Shown: positions 11,560 through 32,675 of the stretch, piece by piece
Layout of the letters: each line of letters starts with the position of its first letter
Numbering within the stretch: position 1 is the first letter of the stretch
Source of the DNA: Amoebidium appalachense
Taxonomy: Eukaryota; Protista; Ichthyosporea
NCBI GenBank assembly: GCA_963693365.1
Contig: CAVNZM010000016.1
Coordinates: 6,679,029-6,743,028 of the forward strand
Reading direction: 5' to 3'
Length of the DNA: 64,000 nucleotides
Position numbers and translations under genes: made by a program
The notes under the pieces: model-generated
Told to the model about the DNA's origin: nothing
The model's database searches: none
What the model saw: the letters and a program-made list of their open reading frames with translations, nothing else

Positions 11560-12669
11560 GCCCTATTCCAATGCGACTTCAGGCAGTTTTATTGGTCCGC
11601 ATATTTTGAGTCGCCAGTCCTATACTCATCCAGCCGGCCGCGGCGAACAATTTACGTGATTTTTGGCCAATCTGAAATGTTTGCGCAAACACAAGGATGG
11701 CCGTAAATCATCAGTGTCCTGGGCAGCAAAACCGAAAACACCACTGAAAAAGTCTAAGAAAGCGAGTTTTGGATTGGTGCTTCGATTCGAGCTCGAATCG
11801 CCGATAAATCTCTGTCTTCGTATTCGCTAATGTTTTGTAACGTTGATGGCATTACCAGCAAATACATGTCCATTTTGATCTATCATAGTGAATAGAAGCT
11901 CCATGAAATAGATTACGTAAAAACATGTATATGGGTAGCTATTTTGCTTTGCCACCATGACGTTTGTTCTTCAAACCGTGACGTGGCATGGCATTTGCAT
12001 CCGGACTCGGCGTCTGGTTTTTTTAAATTGTCCATTGCCTGAGTATCAGCACCCCATATGGGCGTTTTAGATCATCCAATCAGCATTCTCCACACAACTT
12101 ATAAAATCTTTGGGCACATGCCTTTTTCAGTCAGTCCGCGTGTGTGAGCGGCATGATCGAAACGGGGGACCAGTTTTCGGTTTTTGAAAACTGTTCAACT
12201 ACCGGACTGGCTGGTAATTTTTTTGGCGTAACTGGTTTGCGCAAACACGTCATTAAAATCATGACGTTTATTTTTAGATCCAGGGTTAGACCGACAGGGA
12301 ACCTCAGGATGTGCGATATGTGTCCTGTACTGCCATGAGTATTTGTGTGCGCACGTGTGTGTGTGTACACGCGCGCACGTGTGCGTGTACACAGTGTACA
12401 TTGATAGCGTGTGATTGCATTGATATCTACTACACTGTGTGATGTGTGTGGTGTGCACATGTACGTATACATACCCCGCACGTGTGTGTGCATAGATGTT
12501 ATCCGTGTGCGTGAGTGCCTGTTTACTGACAGTGTGCATGTACCACCGTCGAATGTGTGTATTTATTTGCATGTACATGGTACGCGTGGGCGTCACGATG
12601 CCACAAGTGCCAAGAGAGGGGGAAAGGAGGAGGGTGGGAGGGGGAGGAGGGGGGGGGGGGAGGGGGGGG

Positions 12670-12705
<36 letters not shown>

Positions 12706-13420
12706 CGGGATCCGATATGCCCGGCACGATGACGGCGAAAAACTGAAGAGAAAAAAAAGAAGAAGAAGAAGAAGAAGAAGAATAAACGTATACAACGGTG
12801 CTGCAAGACCTTTGAAGACTTCTTGCGTCATGTGATCCTCGGATACGGGGGAGACCTTACAAATGGTTGAGAAATTTTCACCCAGAGCAAATAATTCTAT
12901 TTCATTAAAACTCAGTGAAGATGAACTCAGATAAATATTAGTTATTTGGGTACGCCATACCAATAAATACATATTAAAATGATTCATTCTACTCAAAGCT
13001 GAACTCAGATGATTACTCATGAGCAAAGCAGCAAGGTTTGTATCATTAGAGGTGAAATTAACTAATAATAGTATACTATTAAAAATAGATGCTTAGGAAA
13101 AAAATCATCGTTTACAGGCGTTACGTATATTATAGCCTCTCAGTTGCTTATTCAATACATGAGCTTCATTCAGAGAGTTTGTTTGGTAAACATAAAGTTA
13201 GAATTAGTCATAGAATTGTGTCTAAACCAATGTTAAACTAAAGTCTTTATGTCCCCACATACAAATAACCCTTATGTTTCACGAAAGTCTTGGAGCAGCA
13301 CTAAGAGTGTGCATGTGTGTGTGTGTGTCTGTGTGTATGTCATGGCCTGGTGAAATGCAAAAAACGTGTGCCTTGACTGTTGTCAAAAGAGGAAAACTTG
13401 ACGAGGGGTCGCAAGGGGAG

Positions 13421-13534
<114 letters not shown>

Positions 13535-13535
13535 C

Positions 13536-13590
<55 letters not shown>

Positions 13591-13713
13591 GGGGGATAAA
13601 GCCAAAAGATGGGAAATTTAAATAAAGGATTAGGCAAGAAACACTTGTTAGTTATAATATGCTGGCATTCAGCAAGTTGCTACCCAGACTGTTTTCGATT
13701 TGGGCCAATCACC

Positions 13714-15894
13714 TTAAGAGCATTCCGAAGCTGACTTCTTCTTTGGGGCCGTAGAGACGGATTCCGCCTTGATCCTCTGGTGGCGGCTCACGGTTGAAGA
13801 ATAATTCTTGGGCATAAGGTGGGCGTATTTATGCTGCACATACAAACACTGAAGCTGGTCCAAAGCATATCCGGTGGCAGAAAGACGGGAGGAGATATTC
13901 CAACCAATCGGATTGCACCACAGAGAGGTGGTGTAAATCGTCGAAAATGTAACGGCAAAGAACAACGTCACGACGAAAGAAATGAGGATTCGAATGTTGG
14001 AATAGAAGTCGGAGAATCGGGCGTGTGCGTCACGTGTTTTGTAGATGTAGTACCCAAACCAGGTGGAATAGACTATGGGGCACACATATCCTGAGATCAC
14101 CACCCACCCGTGCCCATCTTCAAGCTTGTAGTAAAACCGCCAAAACGCAAAAGTAGTGCAGCACAGAGCACCGAAGACAAGGTGCAGGGGGAATGGTTTC
14201 ATGTAGTCAATCTTGGCGCCGACCTTAATCCGTTTGTTGAAAATCTTCATGATCACGCGCTGACGCTGAACCAACGCGCCCAAAAAGTAGCACGCAAAAA
14301 CCCACGCAAAAACAGTCGAAGCGAAAATGTTGTTCATGAGATGGGTGGTTTGATCGTCGATATACCCCGCGTTTTCCATTGTCGGGATGGTGGGGTAGTC
14401 TGTGAGTTGTAGGGTGAATGCGGCGCTCATGTAGTAAACGTTGCACAATAATAAGATGCCGGACCCGAACGCGTGGATCATGTAGAACTTACCCCGTGAC
14501 TTCACAATGGGCAGTTCTCTGCATGTGTATTGTGGGCGGGTTAGTATTCTACATTTTTCTAAGTTCCATAATTTAGGATTCATGTTAGTTACTATGTCAC
14601 ATTGCGAATGGCCGTTAGTCACCGTATATGTGCTTATATAAGTCGTTCTTCTTGCAAAGATATGTGGGAGTGTTTTCGGTGCCGTGTGTGCACTACGTTG
14701 AGCAACTTCCTAGTATCATGAGGAAACAGATGAGAGAGATTCAAGTTGCGTTGGTCAGTGCAGGGGGAAGGGGAGGGAGGGGGGGGGGGGAGGGGGTAGA
14801 AAGTAAAAGTAACGGGGTAATTGCTGACATGAGAGAGCTCACCCACAGGAGCGGGTCAACATGTAACCGGGCACGCAGCGGCACTGAAGAAACCAGAAGA
14901 AACACGACGGTGCACAAATATAACACACCTTGGGACGTGGAACCCACATGCTAAATTTTCTTTCTATCAGTGAGGTGGGGACGATTTTTGTATTCTCTAC
15001 AGAGAAGTAAATTTCAGGTGTGCAAGGCTGTGACTGGGCAGTGGTGGTGGTGCTGTGTGTGTTTGTGTGCGTGCATGTGTGTGCACGTGCGCGCACGCAC
15101 GTGTGTATGTGTGTGTTGTGCGTGTTTGTGTGTCTTTGTGGGGAAGGGGGGGAGAGGGCTTTGTGGGAAGAGGAGATACGGACACTCCGGTAGGGAATCA
15201 GGCGCAGCACGTCAACTAACCTGTGAATGTATGCAAGTGCGCCGACCACCAGACAGATGATCATCGAAAAGGTGGTGCCCACACTCTGCACTATCCACAC
15301 CTTCTGGCCGTTCGAGTACGACAGCGGAACTACCGTCTGCCATGTTTCATTCGCAACCCCCAGCTCACCCAAAGCCTTCAAAAACTCGGGCGTTGGCGCG
15401 CCCATAGGGGAAAACGCAGCCCCGGTAGCCACCAACATACCGACTTGGTTACCGGCGGCTTTGAGGCCCCTCCCTGCTCTGTCGATGGGTGTAAGTACGC
15501 TCGAATCTATGAAGCTGTAGCACACACCCAGGTATATAGATTCCAACACCAAAAGGAACGTGAAAAGCACTGCAAAGTTTCGCCAAGTCGTGCGGTGGTA
15601 AACGACTGCAAATTGCTCGCCCGTAGAGTCACCGTAGGGCTTTTTGCTTGCCGTAGAGCCCGTCCTTCCTTGTCTTATCTCTGGTATGTCCCCAATCACA
15701 TCATCCTCCATGCTCGAATCATTTGCACTGTTTGCGCTGTTCATCTGTTGAAGAGCCGAGTTCATTCTCCCCTCGCCAATTGGTTGGGAGGGGCCACTTT
15801 CTGTTCTCGCGACACCTTTGCAGCGAGGGGGCAGTTCCGCATTAGAACAGGTGTGGCCAATGAGGACCTGAGCTGAGTCCCCAACACTACTCAT
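13714..15894 (-). CDS. Uncharacterised multi-pass membrane protein, 4 exons (15894-15221, 14950-14843, 14709-14623, 14518-13714); in-frame TAA at 14636-14634
   Basis: Two long non-repetitive ORFs with many hydrophobic helices; three GT-AG introns all phase 2; TACTAAC branch site before last acceptor; family not recognised. Confidence 0.78.
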
Positions 15895-16252
15895 GGCTGA
15901 GAACTTAAGGAAAAAATTCTAGAAATCATAGAGATTAAGTGAAAGAGGTAAATTTGAGGGTTTAATGTGTGTGTGGGGAGTGCTTTGTGTGTTGTTGTAT
16001 GTGTGTGGTCCTGATATTGATGTTACTGACTCAAAACTGTGTGCGTGAAAGCTTGATAGTCTGCAAAGTTGAAATGACTTCTGGCTTGGCAACTCAGCGA
16101 GGCCATTTCAGTAGCTGGTTAATCCCTGTCTAAGATTACACTGCATTCAACAGTATAATCGATATCATAAGATTGTGATATCTGTTATTCGACATACAAT
16201 ATAGAAAGAACAAGGGAAATAGCTAATATAAAAAAATTCAAAACTGAATTTT

Positions 16253-16254
<2 letters not shown>

Positions 16255-16318
<64 letters not shown>
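16255..16318. repeat. (TA)n microsatellite
   Basis: Direct reading. Confidence 0.97.
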
Positions 16319-16322
<4 letters not shown>

Positions 16323-17209
16323 GTGCTATATACGAGGCGGTATAAGACAGTACGTGTAAGACAGTGAGAACATGTTGGTTACATCCTGTACGCGGACCAT
16401 TGCTGCCCCCAGTCCACCACATTCCAGAGATAAAAAGTTAATTGCTGCCCGGGGCAGACCGCGCGCAGACGGTACTGCAAAGAACATGTTATTTCCATAA
16501 CACTTCTGCTTACTAGGTATAGATAAAAGTCTCTATAAACTAGTACTTAAACCTGATTAGATAGACCGTATAACAAACTGGCACGTACTGACTGTGCCCT
16601 CTAGCCTATATACGACAAATCGTGGCTGAGTCTGCTTTTCATGAGGGCAGGTGAGTCAGGTGATCGGGTTTTGCGCAGCTACAGTACCTCTGCCACGTGC
16701 GAGGCTGTGGCCTTTGTGACTGTGGCCTCAGCCGCTGTATGAATAAGTCTAGCGAGTCTATTTTACAAGGGTATGAGTCGGCGCGTGATCAGTCGCTTCT
16801 GAAGAAAGTTTTGTCAGCCTTGAAAAATAGAGCTACCTCCAATGTCCAAAGGTAGCAGGAGCTACCTCAGAAGGTAGCAGTTATCAGTAAGCATCAAAAT
16901 TTCAAGCTGTGATCAGGCAGGCTACTGGCCCGGCACAATATATTGAGGCGCGTGCCACGTGGCTGGCGGGATAAAACAAATACTCCAGAACCCAATCAAA
17001 CGCAAGCATTTGATACCCCATAGATGATCTCACGCCGTCACACGTACACCCTACACCCCTTAGGAATTAAGCTACAGTATGATATTGTGATCCGGTGCCT
17101 TAACTTTCTTTCGGAGCTACCGATGCTAGCCTCTGCTTACCCATAATATGTAATAGGGGTGTCAGATACTACGATGGCGCTCATTGTTGCCTAGCATGTA
17201 CATATGTCA

Positions 17210-17308
17210 CTGGCTGCATTTGATTGGCTGTGCTGGAAAACGCAGTAGGCCGTCGAATGTGGCTGGGCCTCCGGCAGTGTCCACGCAATAAAAAGTGTGT
17301 AAACCCCA
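17210..17308 (+). repeat. Short dispersed repeat, second copy at 20535-20635
   Basis: ctggctgcatttgattggctg..gctggaaaa...gcaataaa..gtgtgtaaacccc shared. Confidence 0.85.
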
Positions 17309-18295
17309 TCTGACTTTCGAAAATCATGATCATGATCAAATCCTCAATTTTCTGTGCCAGAGCCTCGCTCTAACTCTTGCAATTGTATACGTTTGGTCTT
17401 TTTTCCCGGCGTCTTTTCTACAGCTGCCGTGAGGCTGTTCTTTCCCCTCATTCTCGATCGGCGACGCGTCGCCCGGAGACCAATTAGACAAACTGAGGCT
17501 TGCTTCGATCATAGTGAAATTCATGCATGCAAGCAGCAATATGAAACCGACGATCGAAGTTCATGTCACGGTGCGTCGGTGACTTGTATATGTATGCATG
17601 TGCACCGCCCATAGATAGGCCGAGACCGTCGTGGCCTTTAATGGTGCACCATATCGAGATGATTTATGAATGCACATTGTTATATTTTGTGCGCTGAGTC
17701 AGGTTTGAGTCAGTTGAGTCGGCGGCCAGAACCAGCTGGCAAGTGCACCCACGTGTTTTTTCTGGCTTTAGAGTCACTCATGATCAGCGAAGCCCCCCCC
17801 CCAAAAAAGAAAAAAAACAAAAAAGAAAGAAAGAAAGAAAAAGAACTTGAGATTTTTCAAGTTAACAGCTAATGTATATCTCTTCTTTTGTACCCTAGAC
17901 TACCAGTTTGAAAAAAAAAGCAAGAGGGGAGAGAGAGCATGTACAGTTCATGACAATGCAAAATTTAATCAACTAGGCTAAGTTCGGTATCTCCAGATAT
18001 AGTAGTGCACTACCGAACAGCTCCATGAATCGACAAATTATTGTGTACAGTAACTTTGCCCCCCCCTCCCCCCCCCCCTCCCCCCCCCCCCCCCCCCCCC
18101 CCCCCAACCTTTCACCCTCCCCTTCGAGGCACTCACTCCGGATCCCCCTCCCTCCAAAACAAAAGTGGAAAAAACAAGAACGGAAAACGGAAAAAAGCAC
18201 AAAACCACGTGCACGCGCCACCGATTCAGCATACCGACATATTATTATCGATATGCATGCCTTCACCGCCTAATAATACACATGTGTTTCATTGG

Positions 18296-26615
<8,320 letters not shown>

Positions 26616-27423
26616 GTTTGCGATGCAAAAAAAACTTAGTTTTCTGGAAGTCCAATACTCTGATATTGACTTGAGAAGTGCAGGAGAAAGGGCGGAGGGA
26701 GTGTGTCTCCTGGCTCCCTCTCATGCGATCCTTGGTAGGTGTGTGCTGCCTTTCCCTTGCCAAGAGACCACTAGCAGTATGTCTACCGAAAAAAAATACG
26801 AACATACAATCCGTTTTCACAACGCCGAGTCTACCGTGTCAAACTTTCTTATGCATTAGCAGCTCTCTCCGTCTTTCTTTACGTACATATATTTCCAGTA
26901 GTGGTACCAGGACTGGGATCCGGACACAAACATCGTTCAGTCCAAGGCCTTCAAGTTCTCGGCCGGATCCCTCAGCGGACAAGAAATGTGCTTGCCTTTT
27001 TTGTAAACATTTACTTGAAGGCGATTGGATACTTTTATTCCAAAGGTACTATATTTAGCTATAAAAGGAGGCGTGTAAACTTTTTGCGCTTGTAGCGGTT
27101 AGGGGCAAGGCCTGCATACTCTGACAGCGTAGGAGGCTTTGGTTAGTAGGCGCCAAACCATGTGGCACCACTGAGTCTCGTTTTTTTTTTTTTAATAGTG
27201 GCACCAGTCTCGTTTCTCGTTCCTCCTAGTGGAGACAGGCTCACATATATTCATCCCATGCTTTCTCGAAGCTCATGCTTTCTCATGCTTTCTAAATGCA
27301 TTCGTTCTGTGACCTTTGTACCTGTAGCCACTGAAATTACTTTTATTTGACATCACTTGTTCTTTGAGTACGATTGTGTAGTTTGACCGTGCTGTAAACA
27401 GGACAGGAGGGGTTTGCAGGAAC
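26616..27423. promoter_or_regulatory. Probable bidirectional promoter between C6orf136-like and PIG-P
   Basis: About 800 bp between divergent ATGs, free of microsatellites; TATAAAA near 27060. Confidence 0.55.
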
Positions 27424-28080
27424 ATGCGTAGGCGCAGCAGCAAAAGCGGTGGGGAGCCACCCTTCAGACGGTATGAAAGCCCTTTAGACAAAGTTTTGTT
27501 TTTCCTTCAAAACAGGGTTGAGGACGTGATAAGAATCTTGAGCTTCATTTCCAGTCGTTGCAGCGAATTCCTGCTGTTTTGAAGGGGGGGGGGAGGGCAG
27601 GAACGAGAGGGAGGGAGGGGAAGGGGGCGGGGGAGGAGGGGGAGGGGGGAGGGGGGGGTAAGGAGGGACGAAATGTGGGAATGGAAAGGGGAAGCCAGGA
27701 GGAATCAAAGAATGTTCAAGTGGGATTAATCAGACGAGTTTGCTTGACCATTAAGGTTGTGTTTCTCTTCAGACTTAGGCATCGATTTCCATTTTCATGC
27801 TCGGAATTGGTTTGTTGTGGTCCAAGCATTTTGTAGACTCTCTGTCTTTTTCACACTCTCTTTATCTCTCTCTCTCTCTCTTTCTCCCTCCCCCCCACCC
27901 GTCCTCGACCCTCTCTGCTCCTTCACCCCTTCCCCTTCTCTCCTTCTCTCTCTATGGGTGGCCTCCATCTCCCTTCTTCCCTCCCTCTGTTTCATGTGTC
28001 TGCGGGAACGATGGAGAGTAGGGCTGCGGGCTCCCTAAAAGTAGTGTGGTATGAAACCGGCAGCCGCCCGGGGAGGGGAA

Positions 28081-28111
<31 letters not shown>

Positions 28112-28575
28112 GGAGGAGGGGAAAGGGGGGGGGGGGGGGGGGGGGGGGGAGGGTTGTATCACAAAGTCTAACATGATCATGAAAGGGCGCAGACCACAAA
28201 AATCACGATATATAAAGGGAGGGGGGAAGGGGAGGGGAGGGGGGGGGGGGGGGGTCTGGGTGGATGGAGATGCTGAAGGTTTGGGGTCTACAAAGCAGGT
28301 CCATCAGCCGGGAGGCCAGTGCTCGGCTTCAGGCGCCAGAAATAGAACCAAGCAAGAACGAACTGGGACCTTCCAGAGAGATCTATGGTTTTGTGCTTTA
28401 TGTGGCTTCATGGCTGGCATTCGGTAGGTGGTGGCTAAAATCATACAGATACTAGGGTAGTGTGGGGGGGGAGAAGTCGTGATGGTGGTGGTATGTGTGG
28501 TTCTTCATGTGGTGTGTGTGTGCGCGCGCACCACACACACACTCCCTCTCTCTCTCCGCCCCCCTCCCCCCCACC

Positions 28576-28623
<48 letters not shown>

Positions 28624-28675
28624 CCCCCTCCCCCCCCCCCCTCCACCCACCCACCCCGGTCCCTCCTTTCCCCCC

Positions 28676-28706
<31 letters not shown>

Positions 28707-28730
28707 ATCCTTCCGACCCTCTTCCCCCCC

Positions 28731-28762
<32 letters not shown>

Positions 28763-28795
28763 AAAAAGAAAGGAAGAAAGAAAGAAAGGAAAAGA

Positions 28796-28833
<38 letters not shown>

Positions 28834-29344
28834 GCCGGGGGGAGGGTCGGAGAAGGACGAAAAAACTTGGCTATGTCAAAAGCATTGAACAAGAAGCAGG
28901 GGGAGTGAATGAGCAAAGTAGTCAAGATCCCCCCCCCCCCCCCCCCCCCAGCCTTTCCCACTGCCCTTGCCTGCATAAGCAACCCTGCTCGTCTCTGATC
29001 AAGACGGGTGACCTACTCATGTTCAAGTGAAACAGTATCTGAGTTGGGTTTCGTTAACGAGGGGAATAGGTCGAAACTCGGGTACTGTGGATGACGTGGG
29101 CCCCCCCTGAGGATGGGCTCTGCTTATTATGCATACTCTTTATGTATGGCTTGCATTCTGCATCGTGTTATCCGTTTGTTCTTGTGTACTTCGTACTTTT
29201 TGACGCATTCAAAACCCCCCCCCCCACACACACACACACACACACAAAAAAAAAATTGCACACAAATACACCGCACACTCCCCCCCCCCCCCCCCCCCCC
29301 CCCCAAAAGAAAGAGAGAGAGAGAAACAGAGAGAGAGAGGGAGG

Positions 29345-29397
<53 letters not shown>

Positions 29398-29609
29398 GGA
29401 GGAATAACAAAAAGGAAATAAATCAAAGGAAAGAAAAAGATAAATTAACAAAGAACTTAACAGAAAAGAAGGAAACGAATAAAGAAAGAGACAATTATGA
29501 AAGGAGAGTTTAATCTGTTGCATTGGTAAGACTACTGTTTTTTGACCACCGGTTTGTGAGTTTTGGGCACATGCACACATATCTGCCTAAACGGAAATTG
29601 GCAAACATC

Positions 29610-29647
<38 letters not shown>

Positions 29648-30232
29648 AAACACACACTTTCGCACCCACATACACCCACATGCACACACACACACACACA
29701 CGTACCTACACGTACAGTCGTCTACCTAATCTATGGCTTCACTCCGGATCCCGTACTCCACAGCTGGGGAATCACTTACTACCCGCAAAAGTGAGAACCT
29801 CCCCCTCTCCCCCCCCCCCCGCCCCCCCCCCCCCCCTCGGCCCCACCCACCCACCCACCCACCCAACCTTTCTTCCCCCCGTCGAAACTCGCGTCCTGTG
29901 GATGACGTGGGCACCTCCTGAGGATGGGCTCTTCTTATTATGCATACTCTTTATGTGTGGTTTGCATTCTGCATTATGTTGTCAGTTATGAATGGGTACT
30001 TCGTACTCTAAAACGTATCTAAAACCCCCTCCCCTAAAAAGATAAAAAAAAATGAAGAAGAAGAAGAAAAGAAAGAAAGAAAGAAAGAAAGAAAAAGAAA
30101 AAGAAAACAACATATCCACGCGACATGGATACCCACCCACTCCGTGTTCTTACATGTAGAAGATGGGCAGGAGATAGCAAAGGCAAAAAAGAACAGACGG
30201 AGTGTTTGTGGATGGCTAAGCTTGGGGATGTT

Positions 30233-30264
<32 letters not shown>

Positions 30265-30707
30265 GAGTGTGCTTTGCAGTCTGTGTGGTGTTGTCCGTCG
30301 TGATTATGTACTTTGAAGCTCTGTAACACATTCAAGTCTCTCCCCCCCCCCCTCCCCCCCCCCCAATCAATAATAACAATTATAATAATAACAACGACAA
30401 CACAAAAATAAGAACATGAGAACATAAAAACCAAGTATACTGAAAAAGCCACCCTCCCTCCCTTCCCCTTTCTCGTCTTTCCACCACCACCCGTTCTCTC
30501 CCTCTCTCTCTCTCTCCCCCTCTGTGGGTCTTCTCTATCTTTCCTCATTGGTATCCTCACCACCACCACTACAATTTTTCCTCACCTTCTCCCCCCACCC
30601 CCAAACGACCACACCACCACCACCACCACCACCACACACACATGGAACACGAACACATGCACGCACACTTGGGCACTCGCACACATACTTACACACACGT
30701 GTGAGCG

Positions 30708-30750
<43 letters not shown>

Positions 30751-30846
30751 CGCCCCCCCCCCCCCCCCACACACACACACACAGACACACACACGCAGGC
30801 GTTCGCGCACTCACAAACACACACACACACAAAAAAAAAAAACACA

Positions 30847-30937
<91 letters not shown>

Positions 30938-31783
30938 GTGGGCCATAGCCGTGCCCACGTACCTGTGCAGTCTGTACGTGTTTATTCAGGTCTTCTATGT
31001 GGCTCTCAATATGATGCGCACACCACCCCTCGACTCAATGGCTACTCTTGTCGGTAAAGTCACCCCCCCCCCCCCCCTCCCCCTCCCCCCTTGCCCCCCT
31101 TCCCCCCGGGGAAGCAAAGGGGAATAGAAAAAAGGGAATAGAAATACACGTGCGCGTACGCACGCACACACACACACACACAGACACACACACACACACA
31201 CACAAACAAACAAACAAACACACAGACACACGCAAGTCCATCAACCCTCCTTCTTCCCCACAACCTTGCCACAAATGCCACCGTATTTGCTTCTATATGT
31301 CTTTCTCGTAACACTTAAATCTAATCTAGTCCCTCCCCCTCCCCCCCCCCCCCCCTCCCCCCCCCCCCTCCCCCCCCCCCCCTCCCCTCCCCTCCTTTTC
31401 ACAGCATACAACCACACACAGACATGCACATGCACACACGCCTACCCCTACATGCGATGCAACAACATATGGACTTGTACTGAAACTCTTGCACATTAAC
31501 ACACAAACAGGGAAGGATACCCCTGCACACACCACAGATACAGCCCCGCAGTTTTCTGTTTCACAAACAAAACCCCCAAACCCAATTACCCCACCTCCCC
31601 CCCCCCCCCCCCCCCTCCCCCCCCTCCCCCCACCTCCTACCCCCTTCCCCGATTTCTCCGGCTTTGACTTCTCCTCGTGCACTTCTGTACAGATGTATCT
31701 TGCAAGTCTTCTGGCTTACCCTTCACTCCCCCCTTTGGGGTTTAAACACAAACACAAAACAAAACACACAACCTGCCTCCCTC

Positions 31784-31840
<57 letters not shown>

Positions 31841-31854
31841 GAAGAAAAAAAAAT

Positions 31855-31896
<42 letters not shown>

Positions 31897-31971
31897 GCAC
31901 ACAAACACACACACACACACACACACACATACACATACACCACATGTGCGCGCATGCACACACGCACACGT

Positions 31972-32038
<67 letters not shown>

Positions 32039-32378
32039 CTCACACACAAACTCTCACACACTCACACACACACACATTAACTCACACTCACTAACTCACT
32101 TTCTCACACCACCCCCCTTTGTTCCACTCACTAGTGCTCTTGCAGACACGTGTTCACACGCACGCGCGCACACACACACACGCACACGCACACGCACGCA
32201 CACACACACACACACACCCTCTTTCCCTCCCCCTCCCCTGCCCCCCCAACACACACACACACACACTCTCCACCCCCCTCCCCCCCCCCCCAAAAAAACA
32301 CACACACACACACACACCCTCCTCCCCCCCCCCCCCCCCCCCCCCCTCCCCACACACACATACCCTCCTCCCCCCACT

Positions 32379-32410
<32 letters not shown>

Positions 32411-32477
32411 CCTCCTCTCTCCTCCCCCCACTCCCCCCCCCCCCCACACACACACACACACACCCTCCTCCCCCCCC

Positions 32478-32510
<33 letters not shown>

Positions 32511-32675
32511 CACACACACACAGACGAGTACACGTGCAGTGAAGCTACCGAGACCACATGGCCCCAAGATGCCGAAAGCATCCCGCCCATAGTAGATATA
32601 CCAATAGGCAGGGTCAATGGGGTGCTATATGGGGGAAAGACGGCAATACCCCAGGGATTGCACAGGTCAGAATAA
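27424..32675 (+). CDS. PIGP: GPI-GlcNAc transferase subunit P; exons 27424-27470, 28299-28423, 29718-29790, 30935-31053, 32524-32675
   Basis: Spliced product contains [59 protein letters not shown] and [13 protein letters not shown], the PIG-P/Gpi19 signature; all GT-AG, phases consistent. Confidence 0.95.
28951..29214 (+). repeat. Poly(C)-ended dispersed repeat, subfamily 1 copy (PIG-P intron 2)
   Basis: Near-identical to reverse complement of 36566-36828 and to truncated copy 61550-61705. Confidence 0.93.

Noticed and set aside
14634-14636. Genome-wide reassignment of TAA to a sense codon
   Set aside because: No other reconstructed exon has an in-frame TAA/TAG; PIG-P and this gene end in TAA, C6orf136-like in TAG
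17340-17640. Small minus-strand exons ending ..LQELERGSGTEN*
   Set aside because: Could not link to a start codon or family; may be UTR or intergenic
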